In this document: positions 39,045-52,100 of the stretch, in pieces
Layout: every line of letters starts with the position of its first letter
Position numbering within the stretch: the first letter of the stretch is position 1
Source of the DNA: Strigamia acuminata
Taxonomy: Eukaryota
Direction: 5' to 3'
Assembly: GCA_949358305.1 (NCBI GenBank)
Contig: OX442314.1
Location: 16,492,001 to 16,556,000 of the forward strand
DNA: 64,000 nucleotides
The notes under the pieces: model-generated
Databases searched by the model: none
The model's input: only the letters and a program-made list of their open reading frames with translations
What the model was told of the DNA's origin: nothing
Position numbers and translations under genes: made by a program

Positions 39045-39058
39045 GTTACTATGGCAAC
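39045..39058. promoter_or_regulatory. X-box (RFX-binding motif) GTTACTATGGCAAC
   Basis: Fits the 14-bp RYYNYY-WW-RRNRAC X-box consensus. Lies 5 bp upstream of the TXNDC16 ATG and downstream of an Inr-like TCAGTC (minus strand, ~39094-39099). Confidence 0.6.
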
Positions 39059-42000
39059 TGGTGTGTGTATTGATCGAAACCGCACAGAGACTCGACTGAA
39101 GGCTATTTTATTTTTCTGCCATAAACTTAGCTTACCAGGTGTGGGATTTACTTAACCGATTACAAAATTCACCTCTTTTAAGAGAATATGTGCTCGTTAT
39201 TTCAGTCTGAGCAGGGATTATTATTATTATTATTATATATTTTTATTGTTCATTGAAAGTAGACATGTGCAAATATAAGCACAAATATTACTGGCATAAT
39301 TGGTAATGCGTTTTTAAACATACGATCTGTTTTAATTTGTGGTCGCGATAAATCATTTGTATACGAAGTTTAAGGGTTAACAACTTGTTGAAGAAAATGC
39401 GAGTGCCACTTTGTTTTCCAGCCTTAAATCGTAGATCAAATGTGAAGTTTTAAGTCGAATACAAACAAAACCATTTGTTGTGATCCACAAAGTAAATGCG
39501 ATACTAATTAATCGGTGTGATTTATTTGTAGTGTGATATACAACCGGCTTTTCCCTTATTACTTTTATTTCATCAGAGAGATGAAATGTCCTAATTCTTT
39601 AATGCCATTTTTTCTTTCCTTTTTTTCCATTTTATTGTAAATTACAGTTATTATTGTATATTACGAGGCTCTAATGATAATCCGAATGCAATTTTGTTTC
39701 GCGAAATTTCATTTGCAGTTGAAATGAAAGGACGTGTTGATGAAAAGAAAGGGAAGAAAGAAATAAGGCTTTTGCTTGCTTTCTCTATTTCTGAGTGTGG
39801 TATTCAAAAATTATTTCTCTCGAGGATTAAGACTGCAACACTGGTAAAGCTGATGTTTGCCTGAATCTAATAGAGTTGGGCAATCAGTGTCTACTGTCTA
39901 GTCATAAATTAAACATGGACTTATAAAGATATGAACGAGTTGAAATATTTATTGACCAGAATTATTGGCGTGTAATCTAATTGTTCAGTGGAAACCATCG
40001 CAGATGATAAAAGACAATTTTAAATAACCGACTTTGAGGCGTGAATCTCTGAGGACTAAGCAGCTGGAAAGCACATTCTCCTGAGAGATGAAGCCACTTC
40101 CATTTCCTTCAAAATATACACAATAAAAAATAAAGAAATAAGAATGAATAAATTGTTAAAGAAGATGGAAGCATGCTTTTAGTTTGTTATTGTGTGCCAG
40201 AAATACTACGTGTGGATGCACGTACTTTTTAAAAGGAAAACAAAATATATCAATAAATTGGTCGCTCTCCGAACTTGTCTCTCCTGTACACTGGTCTCTG
40301 GCGAATGTCGTGCTGCTTTTTGTGCTTGCTTCAGCACTTTGCTCTGCTGATGTGCAGGAAAACAAACATCTATTGTTTGGTTGAAAAATTGTTATTTTTA
40401 ATATGTTGCGTAGAAATAGTGTCAGATGTAAGTGTGTGTGTGTTTTTTGTTAGTTTATTTTTTGCTGTTTTTTGTTTTGGCATTTACATTTACATTATCT
40501 TAATGGCTTAATGCGTTTGCTTAGTTTTTATAAGCTTTTATTTGGGAAGCAATTTGCTTTGGAAGCGTTAAAGTAATATTCTACCAACTTGCAGAAGTAC
40601 ATGCACATGTACATGTGTAACTCGACCAATCTTTTGATGCTGAATTAACATATTAACGAGCTGCAAGTTAAATCGGCCGGTTGTAAATCTTAAAAACTAA
40701 TTCATGCTTTGGATTTTAGAATTCACATTGTTATAACTTTGGCACTCAAGTTTATTGCGAAAAAACATGTAGTACCATAATTCAAATTGATTTTTACTAA
40801 ACAGATATTTCAGTGGCCCACATTAGTGGTGTAAAGCAGCTGTTATTTCTCTGCCAGATGCTAATATTCACATACTATATCACACTAAAATGTCTAGAAT
40901 AAGAAGGAAAAAAATGTTTAATCCCATTTGATTTATACCAGCAGATAAAAACACCCATGTTGAAACTGTCAGTTGATACCTAGAATAATGAGTAGCACAT
41001 TACTTTTTTTTACTTAGGACTAATGTGACGGCTTATTAGGTGATTTAACTTGTTTTTATCATGCAGCTTATTTAATTTGAAGTGATATTCACCAGACCGC
41101 TGTTGACTGTTTCAGCAAAGTGCTAGTCTAACCTCGTATTTGCGTTGCCCATTTTAAAGTAGCCATCCAAAATTTAGTGATAATATACTATAATGGATAC
41201 ATAAACTTATAATTTACGGATTAATTTTCGCTAATTTGTTTTTTATTTTCTTACTTCTTGAGCTTATTTTCATTTACAGAGTAATTTTGGATTAACATGT
41301 AGTTTCATAGAATGGCGCTACAGTTTAAATGGAATTACGTTTTGTTGGGAACTGAAATTACTCCAACGTAGCTGCAACCCGATTGCTTTGCAACAGTTTG
41401 AAGGAAGATAATTGGATAATGCATGCTGGACACGCCACTTGCAATTTGCCAATTTTTTTGGCTTTCCTTACTACAGTTGAAGGAAAAAATTGTTCCAACT
41501 CACTCGCACAACTTCCTTTTCTCAACTGCATGAAAATTTATCCATATCATAGAAGAAACATGGAAGTCATAATGTTTCCTTGTTGTTAAACTTCCTCATT
41601 CAAACTGGACTAAGTAATAATATAATAATCTATAAAAATAAATTTCTAAATTGGTTTTTTTCTTTTTACCTGAAATATTTTTTAGGCAAAACGAGCACTA
41701 TAGGTCTGTCAATCACGGATTGTTTAGTTTAAGTTTAGTATTTTTTTTAATTTTATTAGTGCTTTTTAGTGGTTTTATTTATATTTGCAGACTGGATGTT
41801 GATCCATTTTTTCAGTACGCACAAATACCGGTAATAAAGAAAAGTTGTTAAGTTTTGCTAAACCAAATTTGGAGTTTATTTTTGTCAAATTAACTACTAT
41901 ATTCAGTTTGGATAATTTTACCACTCGTAAAAGGTTATGCTTCTTAACGGCTTATTTTTGTAACTCCAAAATGGTGAAGTACAATCTGAAGATGGTCTGA

Positions 42001-45000
42001 ATTTGCTAAAGCTAAATGGTCTCCGTTTCCTTATACGGTAGTATAATAAAAAGGAAATAACTTGTGTATTGCTATGAAGAAATATCCGAACTGTAAAAAA
42101 AAAAAGAGAAATTTCATCTAACCTAAGGACTTGTTATTTCTTTTGCTGAGTTATTTTAAAGTGTATATTTTTCCTCGGTATAAAATTGCTTTAGATAAAA
42201 AATTTCTATTGGCCTTTCCCTCAGGTTAGATTGAGAGAAGAAGACATACGCGGTCTTCAAAGAAATTGTAAAAATGATTGTATCTGAAGTATTACCAATT
42301 GGTTTTTCAAACTTTAAAGTTCAAGACAAGATAAAGAATTTAAAGCGTCAAGAAAGGTAAACGAATTTAGAGCTTCGAGATAGCTGAATTGGCTGAAGTG
42401 TAGAACTTAAAGCCTCAGAAGATTAAGCTGAGACTCAATAAAGGTGATCACTAGATACATCTATCGAGTTGCTGGATAGCATCTCAATTTAACGTGTCAA
42501 AAAAGTAAAATTCAAGGTGATGTTTACTTTGTGTAGGTCATTGAACCTGTGGCTTTATCACGAATAAATAATGTTCCCTCTAGAGAAGAAAAGATATAAA
42601 ACATTGAATTTTACTGCGTGGCGCCGCACTTTCCAGACTGTTAAAGACCACCGCTTCGAATCGGAAATGTGAATCTCAACATTTCTTATTAATATTGAAC
42701 AGTATCTACATCTAAATTTTGATGACTTGTTAATTAATAGTGGACGAGTGAGTGGGAGGGAGAATCAACAGCCAACAATTTAATCTCCATATTTAATTAC
42801 ATGGTTTAGTATGTATGAAAGCTTGATAAAATTGTTTATTCGTTTTATACATTTTTTAAAAACTTATCTGATGTTTTCATAGATAATGTTTACTTTGGCA
42901 GACGTTGCTTTTGTAAAAGGAATACGTTGAGGAATTTAGTTTGTTTTCATAGGCTTATCAGTTATCTGCTTATTTAAATTGTATAAATTTTTAGTTGTTT
43001 TGCTGCGTTAGAAATGTGGAGGGAATCGAATAACACACGAGCTACTTCGTTTGACAATCGCATTAAATTGGTTGACGTGTCGTCTTTACATTCTACACTT
43101 AATGCAATTAGCCTCCAGACATCAGATGTTGATGCTTGACGTGTTTCTTGTGAAATACGTCAGGACATGAATTATGCAAGTTGCTAACAGAATTGTCCAT
43201 CTTGCCCATTGAACAATTTGCTGCTGTCATTGGATTCCTTTAAGAGTTTTAGAACTGATCTGCTTTAGTTGAGTTGCATACGTTCTGCTTTATTTGAATG
43301 ACAACACTTTAATCCTCAGCATCCAGTAGCATTGAATTGTTTGGAACAAACAACACGCTAGCTTCGCTGTCGCGCAAGAAATGTCACAGGTTATCATCCA
43401 GTGATCCATATTCTCACGTCAAACTTGTAGCAATGCTTACGATTTAATGATTAATGTCTCTTTTTATAGCTGAAAGACGTCAGTACATTTTTTAAAAAAT
43501 CCATTAGCTTTAACAAAATCAATTTTTTTTATTTAGAGATTTTAAAAATGCAATGCGTCGTTAGCAATTGGTTTTTCCAATTATCAATAAAATAATTGTT
43601 TGGGATTAAATTAACGATTAACGATACTTATTTATTAACAAACTTGTAGGATGTTTGTAAAGCAAATACAAGGTACAAGGTAAATAAAAAGACGATAAAA
43701 TAAATTGCTTTCATAAATTTTTATTTATTTTTATGTCAAATTTATTTTAATATTGTCTACTACATATTGTCTACTTCCATTTTTATTTTCATTTCAGCAA
43801 CGAAAAAGAAAATTTATACAATAAATATTGAATTTTTTTATTTTTTTTTGTTCTGACATAGATAAAGACACACATGTATGAGGAAAAATAATTTAAAATA
43901 TTTTTATATTGTAATTCTTTTTTTTTTCAATTTACAGCACATAATTTGTTAAGTGCTCAGCTAAAATGCGGAAAAAATATTACATTGCTATTTCCTGCTT
44001 GCAAAAATTGAAATAAAACTGCATCTGACATTTCTATTCCACGATTTGTAAATTGTAGTGTAAAATTCCATTTCCAGAAAAAATAACTATAAATTGTCAT
44101 TATTTCTTGACAACAATAAACCTTTTGCATTGAATGTCGGGCATTTTTCGTAACCAGTTTGTTGCATTGATTAAATAAAACGTAAACAACAAGAAAATAC
44201 TTACGGTTGTGTATACCATTGAAAGACATTTTGTTGGGAAACATTTGCATTGATTTTTTTTTTCTCGTGGGAACACACGTGAACATCCACAAAAGTTTTA
44301 TAGAATAAGATTTACAATACCTTAAAACAGTAAATAACATACGAAAAAAGATACAACTGGATTGTAAAGTGCATTGTTTTACATTAGGTTTGAATCTTTT
44401 TATGTTGAAAGCCCAATTAGTGAATTGTGGACGCATTTGAGATAATATAATACTAACGCAATTAGAAAAAAACCATAACACATCCAATAAATTTATCTAT
44501 ACCACTACAAATAAATTAGAGAGTTGGTCACGGAATCAACGATGGAAAAATAAACATAAATAAGAGACAGTTAAAGAAGACGAAATGTTTGAAAATCGTG
44601 TGCGCAGACCGGGCCATTTGTGTTTACTAGTAAACTAATAAACGCTAATAAATTATTTGCTAAAATTTAATCACTCAAGCTTCTATACTCAATACTTTCT
44701 ACGCACAAACAACATTTGAATGAAATATTCAATAGAATTTGTTAATGGTAACTACAAACATGTTTCTATATGTCATCAGTCTAGGCCTCAAATCCAATAT
44801 TCAGTCACTTGTTACTAAGTGATAATCAATAATACTCACGTTGATTTCAAAACAAAGTGGAAATAAATAATTTGAAACGATTTTCAAATAATTCACATCT
44901 TTTAAATGAATAAAATCATTTTATATTTGATCTGATTTGTGCTCTTCAACTTCCTTTTAACTGTGAATCAGCACCCAACATCACACCACACACTCACAAC

Positions 45001-46166
45001 AACTTTAAAACATTAAAATTCTTGTTTTGGTCCCCACTCAAATCAATTTCTGTAACCATTTTCACATTCAAACGCCTAACGAAACAGAATAATAATTAAT
45101 TGAAAACAACTTTGAATTATAAATAGAACGAAGCAAAGAGAAATGTTAAGTAAACAAATACCTTCATCTGAAATTTATTTCACTATTATAATTTTCATTC
45201 TATTTCCAATACCGCAGACCTAAGCCTAATTGTTGTTTATTTTTACGTGAAAATGGCCTGATTGCGTGGAAATCAAACAGTTTTAAAAATTCACTCATTT
45301 CGAAAAATACGTTTTTTTACTCGGCCATCTATTTCATTCTATGCTCATTGGTTGTTTTTGCGGCATAACCGATTTGTCTAGGCTTTAACAACAGACATTG
45401 ATCTACTTTTTGCCAAATTTCAATACATTGGCTTACTTTCTAGATTCTTAGATCAATATGATCAGAAGAAGAAATAAAAAAAGATAAATTGGACATTTGC
45501 ACGCATGTCGTAAACTGGGAGTTATATATATATCGTATTTTTCCATCTGGCCTAATTTAACCTGCCGAGTGCATTATACGTTGCTTCAAATTCAAAGGGT
45601 TGTAAAGTAATTTGCGTTGATGATCTGCTTGTAAATGGCATGCAAATGTCAGATGCGATCTTAGCTGTTGTGTGTGTGTTTAAATGCCTAAATTATAGTC
45701 AAGTGCAAGAACAAAGCTATAATCATGTATTTTTAAAAGTTATTACATGAGTTTAAAATTTTTATGCAATTATTATTTCAAACTGAAACCTTCTTATATA
45801 ATGTTCTTTTAATTATACCCGGGTTTTGACGAACTGCGAAAACTCTCAGGCATTTTTCAACAAACTTGGGAATAAAGGTGGAAATGGGTCAAGGGTAAAG
45901 TATTAATTTCAAACCAACATTATGAAAGGCTCTTTAAAAGTTAAATTTCAGGAATAAATCAATTTATGCTAATTTATTTTAGACTTTTAGATATTTTAAA
46001 CATCGAGCTAATTCTAATACTTTCAAATATATTTCACAATATTGGTTGATGATCTCCAAACACAAAAATATTTATATATGTATTTGATTTGAATTTTTAA
46101 AAAAATAAAAGGAAATAAATTAAAATGAAAATCCAAGTAATTGAGGATGGCTTGTTTCAGAACAGT

Positions 46167-49100
46167 TTACTCCATAAATCCCGTATTGACCAACTTCTCT
46201 AAAAAAAACTTTACATCACCTAATTCCGAGTCTTTAATACCGAGGCTTTTCAACATACTTAAATCTCCATTTTCGACCGCTAAAAATACGCTTCTCAAAT
46301 GTTCCAAATCCGTTCTCATCAAGTGCAGCGCTTTACCGAAGTCTTCGATCGTTTGACTTTCTGCAACAACAGCATTGTGCTCAGCGAACGATTTGTTCTG
46401 TTTAAAAATCAGAAAATTGAATGTTTACCTGAGAGTGCAATAGCAACATTCTGTACTCCCCCGAGTGGTGCCAGAGCGTCTCTAGCTTTAGATCCGAATA
46501 GTTTTTCCAAATAGTTTGGTCCATGGTTTCCAAGGAGACTCTGCAGAAAATTGGCCGTTTCGTCTACTGGTGGTCGCTTAGCTACGGAAATGATCACAAC
46601 AAGTTTGATATAAAAAATAATAATAATAAAACGGGAAAACTCATTTCTCGGAGGTGAGGTGTAGGTGTTTGCCTTTTGCTGTTTATTTTCAGCCTTCTAC
46701 TCAACAACAATCAACAGATTAAGGTGTTATTAATACCACCTATTAGATCAAGCTGTATTTAATTAAGTCGCCCGTGGTCTTGTACTCTTGGCAGGGAAAT
46801 CAAAATTCAATTAAGCCAATGTGCGAAAATATTAAATTTCGTATAAATGATTAAACTTGGCTGAGTTTTAATATCCGGTGAGAGGGGGCATGTTGATGTG
46901 TTTCCGTTGACAGGAAGCAACGTGTATTTTTCTCACATGGTACGGAGCGACGAGCGAAGCCTTGAAAATATTTTGCTACGGCGGTAAATTGCATATTGCA
47001 TTGACTTACCTGCCGTGCACAGCCTTGGGTCTTCATCGTATCCGTCGGGGCAATCTCGTGCACCATCACACAGATATTGGATAGATATGCAAATATCACT
47101 ACCACTCGGGCAACGAAATGGTTCGTATGGTTCACATCGTGACGAATCTTCTGTTTAAAGAAAGACAACAAATCAATCTTTTATGCATCAAACGAGATGT
47201 GGTCAAACGGATCTGTACACATTTCACTTCACTTAATAACACATTAAAATCGCCTTTTTTAAATGTTGTGTATTCTATTATTTAGTTAGTAATACAGAAG
47301 CCTGTTGTATTTTGAATTATTTAGAAATATTTTTTACAAGTTTTATATTTTTCTTCTCTCCATTTAATTCTGTTATAGTCACAAGTAAACCCCCGAGTGC
47401 CGAGTCGATTATGGGTAATTTGGATTGATCACGAAATCGAAATGTTGTCTTTTGAATAAACTATGAGTGCCCAAAGGGCGAAGGCCAACTCTAGTTCTTA
47501 TTCTGGCGAAACTTAGAGTGCCTAACTCGAATACCGATGATCCCTCTCTCACACACCAGGAAATGGTTTAATGAGCAATCTAAAATTTCATTTGTACAAG
47601 TTTCATCGTTATCTTCAGGACAACATTGCTTTGATCTGTGGGTAATGAAATTCGAGTGAATAATCGATGTTAGTTAAAGTGTTTCCTACGCGCAGTTAGC
47701 TGCAGTTAAATTATCAGCAGTGCTTGGCCGATTGCCGATAAAGTTAGTGGACAAAAAACGTGCGATCAATCGTTAGAGCACGTTTGGTACCTCTGGCGTT
47801 GGCAGTGCTTCGTGGTACTGTTATTTGGCAAGAAAATTCTATTCACAAGAACTAAAATCAATTGGTAAATTGCTGACCGGCGGTACAATTTTATTTATGT
47901 GTACTTTTATTATTTTTTATTAAAATATATTTTTTTAAAGTAAAATTGTAGTTTCAAAAGTATAAAAATTGTAACAATTGTCCAGCTATTCACAAACCAA
48001 AAGGAGAAATTTATTTATTTTATTATTTCTAACATCAGAAACACTTGTTAATATATTGGTCCAATTTTTATACGAATTTGTCTAACCAATCTTAAATAAT
48101 AAAGAAAAATCAAGTTTTTGGCTCATTTTGCTGTTACAAAAATAGATTAAAATTTCAAAACTCAATATGAGTTGTAAAAAATTAATCTAATTTCCATTTT
48201 AATGTTCAACCTGAGTTTTGCAATCTGCTTTGCAGTCTTCAATCACATTTCGATTATCCATTATTGTCTATTATTGCAACCATTTACCTATCGTAAACGT
48301 TTTATGGTGTAATGGAAGAACCTCTTCAGGTATTACCTACGTAAGAATTCTTTCCGGCATTGAATTTTAATGGCGGATAATAAAAAAAAACACGTCATCA
48401 CTAATGTTGTTATGAATGTTTTATGACCAGTAAAGAGAGGATGCTTGTGGAATGAAATGCCATGTGCAGTAGTGTTTGTATTGTATATAAAACAGACAAA
48501 ATGGGATAGTTTATGTGCGATGTATCATGTCTCGTCATTTTGAGACGAATATGATTCCAGACCTAAAATGAGTACGGTATGTATGGGAAGTTCATTAGAA
48601 CTCAGCCAACAACTTGAGTCAGGAAATAAAGAAACTTTGATTGTACAACTTCAAAGAGTCGACTGATTTATTTTAAAGGTCTAGACGAGGTTGCTAAGTG
48701 ATTATTACTTAGCAAATAGCAACCTTACATTGTCCTAAGTTGTTTGTTTGTTTGTTTCATTGAGTGCGAGTTTTACCACCAATGGTTGCGGATGAAATAA
48801 TGAAGATAGAGTAGAGTTACAAAAAGAAATGGGGATAGAACAAAAGTAACTTTACGTGTCAAAAATATAATGAGATAATTAGACATTTGGAATGATGATG
48901 AAAGAATAAAAGAAAAGCGATTGCATTGACTGCAATTACGAAAAAATGGGAAAGAATGTGATGGGAGGAAATGGAATGGGATCGAGAGATCAAGTTGAAG
49001 GAAAAGTCGATACCTGGTCTGGTCGGAAAATGATATAATAAAAAAAGGTTTGTGAATGAAACACAATAAAAAAGAGTAAAGAATTATAAGTAAAACAACT

Positions 49101-52100
49101 GAAATATATGACCCTGTCAGACGCAATGAGCATACGTTCCATAAAAGTGCAACAAAAAAGTGTTGGCGAGTGACGAATGGGAAAGAACACTCTCGGTTGA
49201 TGTCAATACTTTTACTACGCACTTTGGAAAGATGGAGATACGCTTTAAGATTTCGCTACAGTTTAATTTTTGCGAGTGCTGCATTTCCCACGGACTTATG
49301 GTCTCGAGGGAGTTCGGTAGGGAAGACATTACGTCTTCATATTCTTGTGAATATTTCGCAACACGAAAGCTTAGACGATAGCGATAAATAATCAAGACTG
49401 GAAAATTATAAATGCGTCCCAAAAGCCTGGATTTGGGCAGAAGACGAAATATTTATTCAGTTTAGAAAGTCGAGCGCACCATTTGACAATTAATTCATGA
49501 AAGTTGACGATAAATAGTTGAAATAATCGCTTGTCGGACTAGAGATGCAATGAAATATGTATGAGAACCGAAAGAGTCTCTCAACTGCACGGGAATGGAT
49601 TCGCAGAAAGCTGCATCATTACTCACACCGCAGGAATCCCCAGATGTCAAAAGGACTATAACCCTTGTATCAACTAAATAGAATTTATTTCGTCACGTTT
49701 GTTGGGGTTTTCTTTATTGTTAGACTTGAACTTGGCGTGTCCCGTAATTTAAGGGGACTTGATGACGTCTCAGATGAATAAACTTTGGTTTAAGAAAGAA
49801 AATTGAACGAACGAAGCACAAAGGTGACACACATAGGAAAAAATGTGTTTTCTAGTCCTTTCCAGGTCATTTATAACTTTGAATTGCTACATTTGGAGTT
49901 TTTCAGATGTCTGCAAATGGCAGTTGTTAGAAATGTTTCCATTTACTTGGACGTGTGATGAGATGAGTTTTGTCACTCTACCGTTTCTTCTTAAGTGCTT
50001 TAATGAATTAGGTAGGTCAGAGTTGAAATTTAAACGATTGTTTACAATTTAATTAAGTTTAGCCACTTCATGCTGTGTCAATTTTGATGGTTCGTGTGAC
50101 ACTCATTTATTTTTTAATGTCAAAAGGACTAACCATTTTTTTTCAAAATTAAACCTGATATGTTTTGTTTTACCTAGAGCTAACATTTTAGCTTAATCGC
50201 ATTCAACCAAACCTTTTTCTTCCACTAATTTAAGAGAAAATTGAACAAATGATGTAGAAAATGCAGTTTCTGCATCGTCAAGCAATTCTCTTAAATTCAA
50301 GCTAATTCTATACATGGGGAGTTGTTTATATGATTGCATCGGTATAAAACTATCGAAGCGGCAACTGAGATAGCAGATAAACATGTAAGACAAATAAGAA
50401 ATCTAAAGTTAACTGCATCCATAAAGGAAAAGTTTAAGAGGGGCCATTCGGTAACAAAAGGGGAACTAGTGAGATAAGTGTTTCACTCATTAGATGCGTG
50501 TGTTGTGTGTGTATGTGTGTGTGTGGGTGACTTGCAATTTGTGGAGAAATGTTTACGATGATAACATCATAACAAAACCGCAATTTGTGGATTTTTTTTT
50601 CTTCACGTGTAAAGAGAGATTTGAAATTGACCTTTTTTTTGCCTGTTTTGCAAATCTATGAGGAATTGTAGCACCATTTGGGAAAAAAGCTTTTGCTGTT
50701 AAAGCTGACAAAGCACTCATGAAAATTTAATTTCCTATTTGACCTTGATTAAAATTTAAAATGTACTTTTCTACCTTTTTTTTTTTTTGCTTTTTAAACG
50801 TAAAATTAAAAAATAAAATGAGTTATTGCCTCTCTTCTTCCAAGCGATCAATTTGAATTTTTTAGCCAACATTTTATTCAGCTATTCAAATATTTTGCTC
50901 ATCAAAGAAATTTTTTTACTTTCTTCTTTTATTCTCTTTCGTTCTAGAGTATTCTATTGCATAATTATATTAAAAAAACAAAACAAAAAAGTTGTGAATT
51001 TGAAATGTTTTTGTTATCGTTTTTGTTGAAACAAAAGATGAGGAGATTGTCTAAGGAACTTTATTTCTCAAAGGAATTGAATAAAACAGACTGTTTCCAT
51101 TCATTTTTCGTATAAAATTCTCTGCGACTGGAAAAAATTGTCTATTGAACTCGACAAAATTGTTTTGATAACGTCACAAAGAAAGGAAAAGAAAAAATTC
51201 AAACTTAAAATTGAGTTTTCGACTTTTGATATTTCCTTGACATTTGACTACACTCTCATGAAAATAAAGAGAACCTATTGCCACTTTTCAGACAAGTCTC
51301 GTGGGCGTTTCCACACGGCACCTGACTGCAATCTCCTTGTCAGGAGTGCCTATATATACTCATGAAGTGAAGATCAACTATACTGACATTTCACATTCGT
51401 GTTATTGCCGCAAGAGTATGGAATTGCCGCATTGGACAATTGAGGTGCAAAAGGGCTTGTGATGTGAGATTCGCTTTGAGATACTGTCAGATGTGGCGAA
51501 GCTCAGTTTACAGTACAACAGAAAGTACTTAAAGGGTTCTTACATTTACCATATGGTTCGATTTTTTATTAGATATTCGTGCTCTTTTGCTGTTATTTTG
51601 ACATTCTTTTTTATTAAATTATTGGACAACACAGGCCTTTTGTAATTACTGATTTTATTGATTTTCAAGATGAGAATCTTCAAAGACTAAACTCCGCATC
51701 TTTCGACACAAGATTTTCGAAATCCATCGGTAGGTCTCTCGGGGGCAAGTGACGGGGTTGGAAGAAACGTCTCAGAAACTGCTTTTCTTTTTAAGCATAA
51801 ATTTGCATTCATCTATGTTGCCGTTTTGCCCCGTGTTTACAAGTAGGAGACACGACGACAAGATGCTGAGTACATCGTAACATTTTCAAAACAGATTGTC
51901 AAAAGCGTGAAATTAAGTATCTTACGACGCTACTTTGTTTACGCTTGGGTTTTTCTGTCTAAATCCCCAATAGCGTGACTCATACAAAGTCGTACGACTG
52001 GCAAGAAAATGGGGAACATGAGTCTAGGAATAATCTTACTTTTACGTGATCAGAAAACCAGAAAAGAAGAAAAGAAAAGAAAGAATAAAATAGGATCAGC

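Noticed and set aside
43957..44487. 176-aa minus-strand ORF
   Set aside because: TTG start, composition typical of AT-rich non-coding DNA, no recognisable motifs. Probably the prohormone-4 3' flank or UTR.
47590..47625. Hammerhead-like CTGAAGA...GAAAC on the minus strand
   Set aside because: No helix I or helix II pairing. It shows that such partial matches arise by chance.
48773..49422. Overlapping 66-149-aa ORFs in prohormone-4 intron 1
   Set aside because: F/L/I/S-biased, no convincing exon chain, no homology recognised.
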